DNA of 64,000 nucleotides from an uncultured Gammaproteobacteria bacterium (GTDB lineage Bacteria; Pseudomonadota; Gammaproteobacteria; UBA6002): NCBI GenBank assembly GCA_963705725.1, contig CAVPKM010000017.1, positions 105,391 to 169,390 of the forward strand, read 5' to 3'. Shown piece by piece: positions 63,684 to 64,000 of this stretch (position 1 is its first letter; each line of letters starts with the position of its first letter). The notes under the pieces were generated by a model. It saw only the letters and a program-made list of their open reading frames with translations, ran no database searches and was not told where the DNA came from. The position numbers and the translations under genes were made by a program.

Positions 63684-64000
63684 TTCATACCGCGTGCGTA
63701 CCTACGGCTGCCAGATGAATGTGCACGACTCCGAACTTTGTCCTTTGCCGCTCGAGTCGGCCGGATATGTGCCTGCGGGGCACGACGCTACCCCCAATGT
63801 GGTCGTTCTCAACACCTGCGCGGTGCGGGAGAACGCCGATAACCGGCTCTACGGCAATCTCGGTCAGCTGCGCCCGATCAAGCGCGCGCATCCAGGGATG
63901 CAGATCGCCGTCGGTGGCTGCCTGGCACAGAAGGACCGCGGTGAGATCATCCGGCGGGCGCCCTGGGTGGACGTGGTGTTCGGCAACCACAACATCGGCT
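63684..64000 (+). CDS. miaB: Fragment of tRNA methylthiotransferase MiaB, GC-rich, actinobacterial-type
   Basis: [16 protein letters not shown]...[18 protein letters not shown]...[12 protein letters not shown]...APWVDVVFG; abrupt rise in GC content. Confidence 0.9.

Noticed and set aside
63685-63990. 101-aa minus-strand ORF
   Set aside because: Antisense shadow of the GC-rich miaB fragment
62944-64000. Genuine SerS-MiaB fusion protein
   Set aside because: SerS catalytic motifs are missing and base composition switches abruptly; an in-frame join has a fair chance of occurring at random

Overview
AT-rich gammaproteobacterial chromosome segment. Gene order and the many eukaryote-like orphan genes suggest a Legionellales / Coxiellaceae-like host-associated organism (inference). 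The housekeeping backbone is gnnA-like/lpxB, rnhB-dnaE, ung, acnA, ETF-QO/etfBA, ald and an M17 aminopeptidase (both frameshifted), fadE-fadI-fadJ-thioesterase, nagZ-hpt, TPP riboswitch-tenA, mfd, phhB, mnmA, icd, a clpS remnant, clpA, infA, trxB, ftsK, lolA and serS. Effector-like genes are wedged into it: an F-box + 7x RCC1 protein, an LRR-like + papain-fold protein, a coiled-coil protein, three tandem NLS-bearing paralogs of which the middle one is a recombinant chimera, and two ankyrin-like/F-box-like/CaaX genes each behind a PmrA-type box. The most unusual signal occurs twice: a single cargo gene (F-box-RCC1; Rpn nuclease) lies between ~225-310 bp direct repeats that duplicate the 3' ends of flanking housekeeping genes, with no classical transposase or integrase next to it, and the redundant halves are decaying. 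One redundant half carries a 177-bp palindromic MITE with an 8-bp target duplication. The last ~315 bp are GC-rich actinobacterial-type miaB joined in frame to a truncated serS, most likely an assembly chimera. All calls come from reading the sequence by eye; no searches were run.
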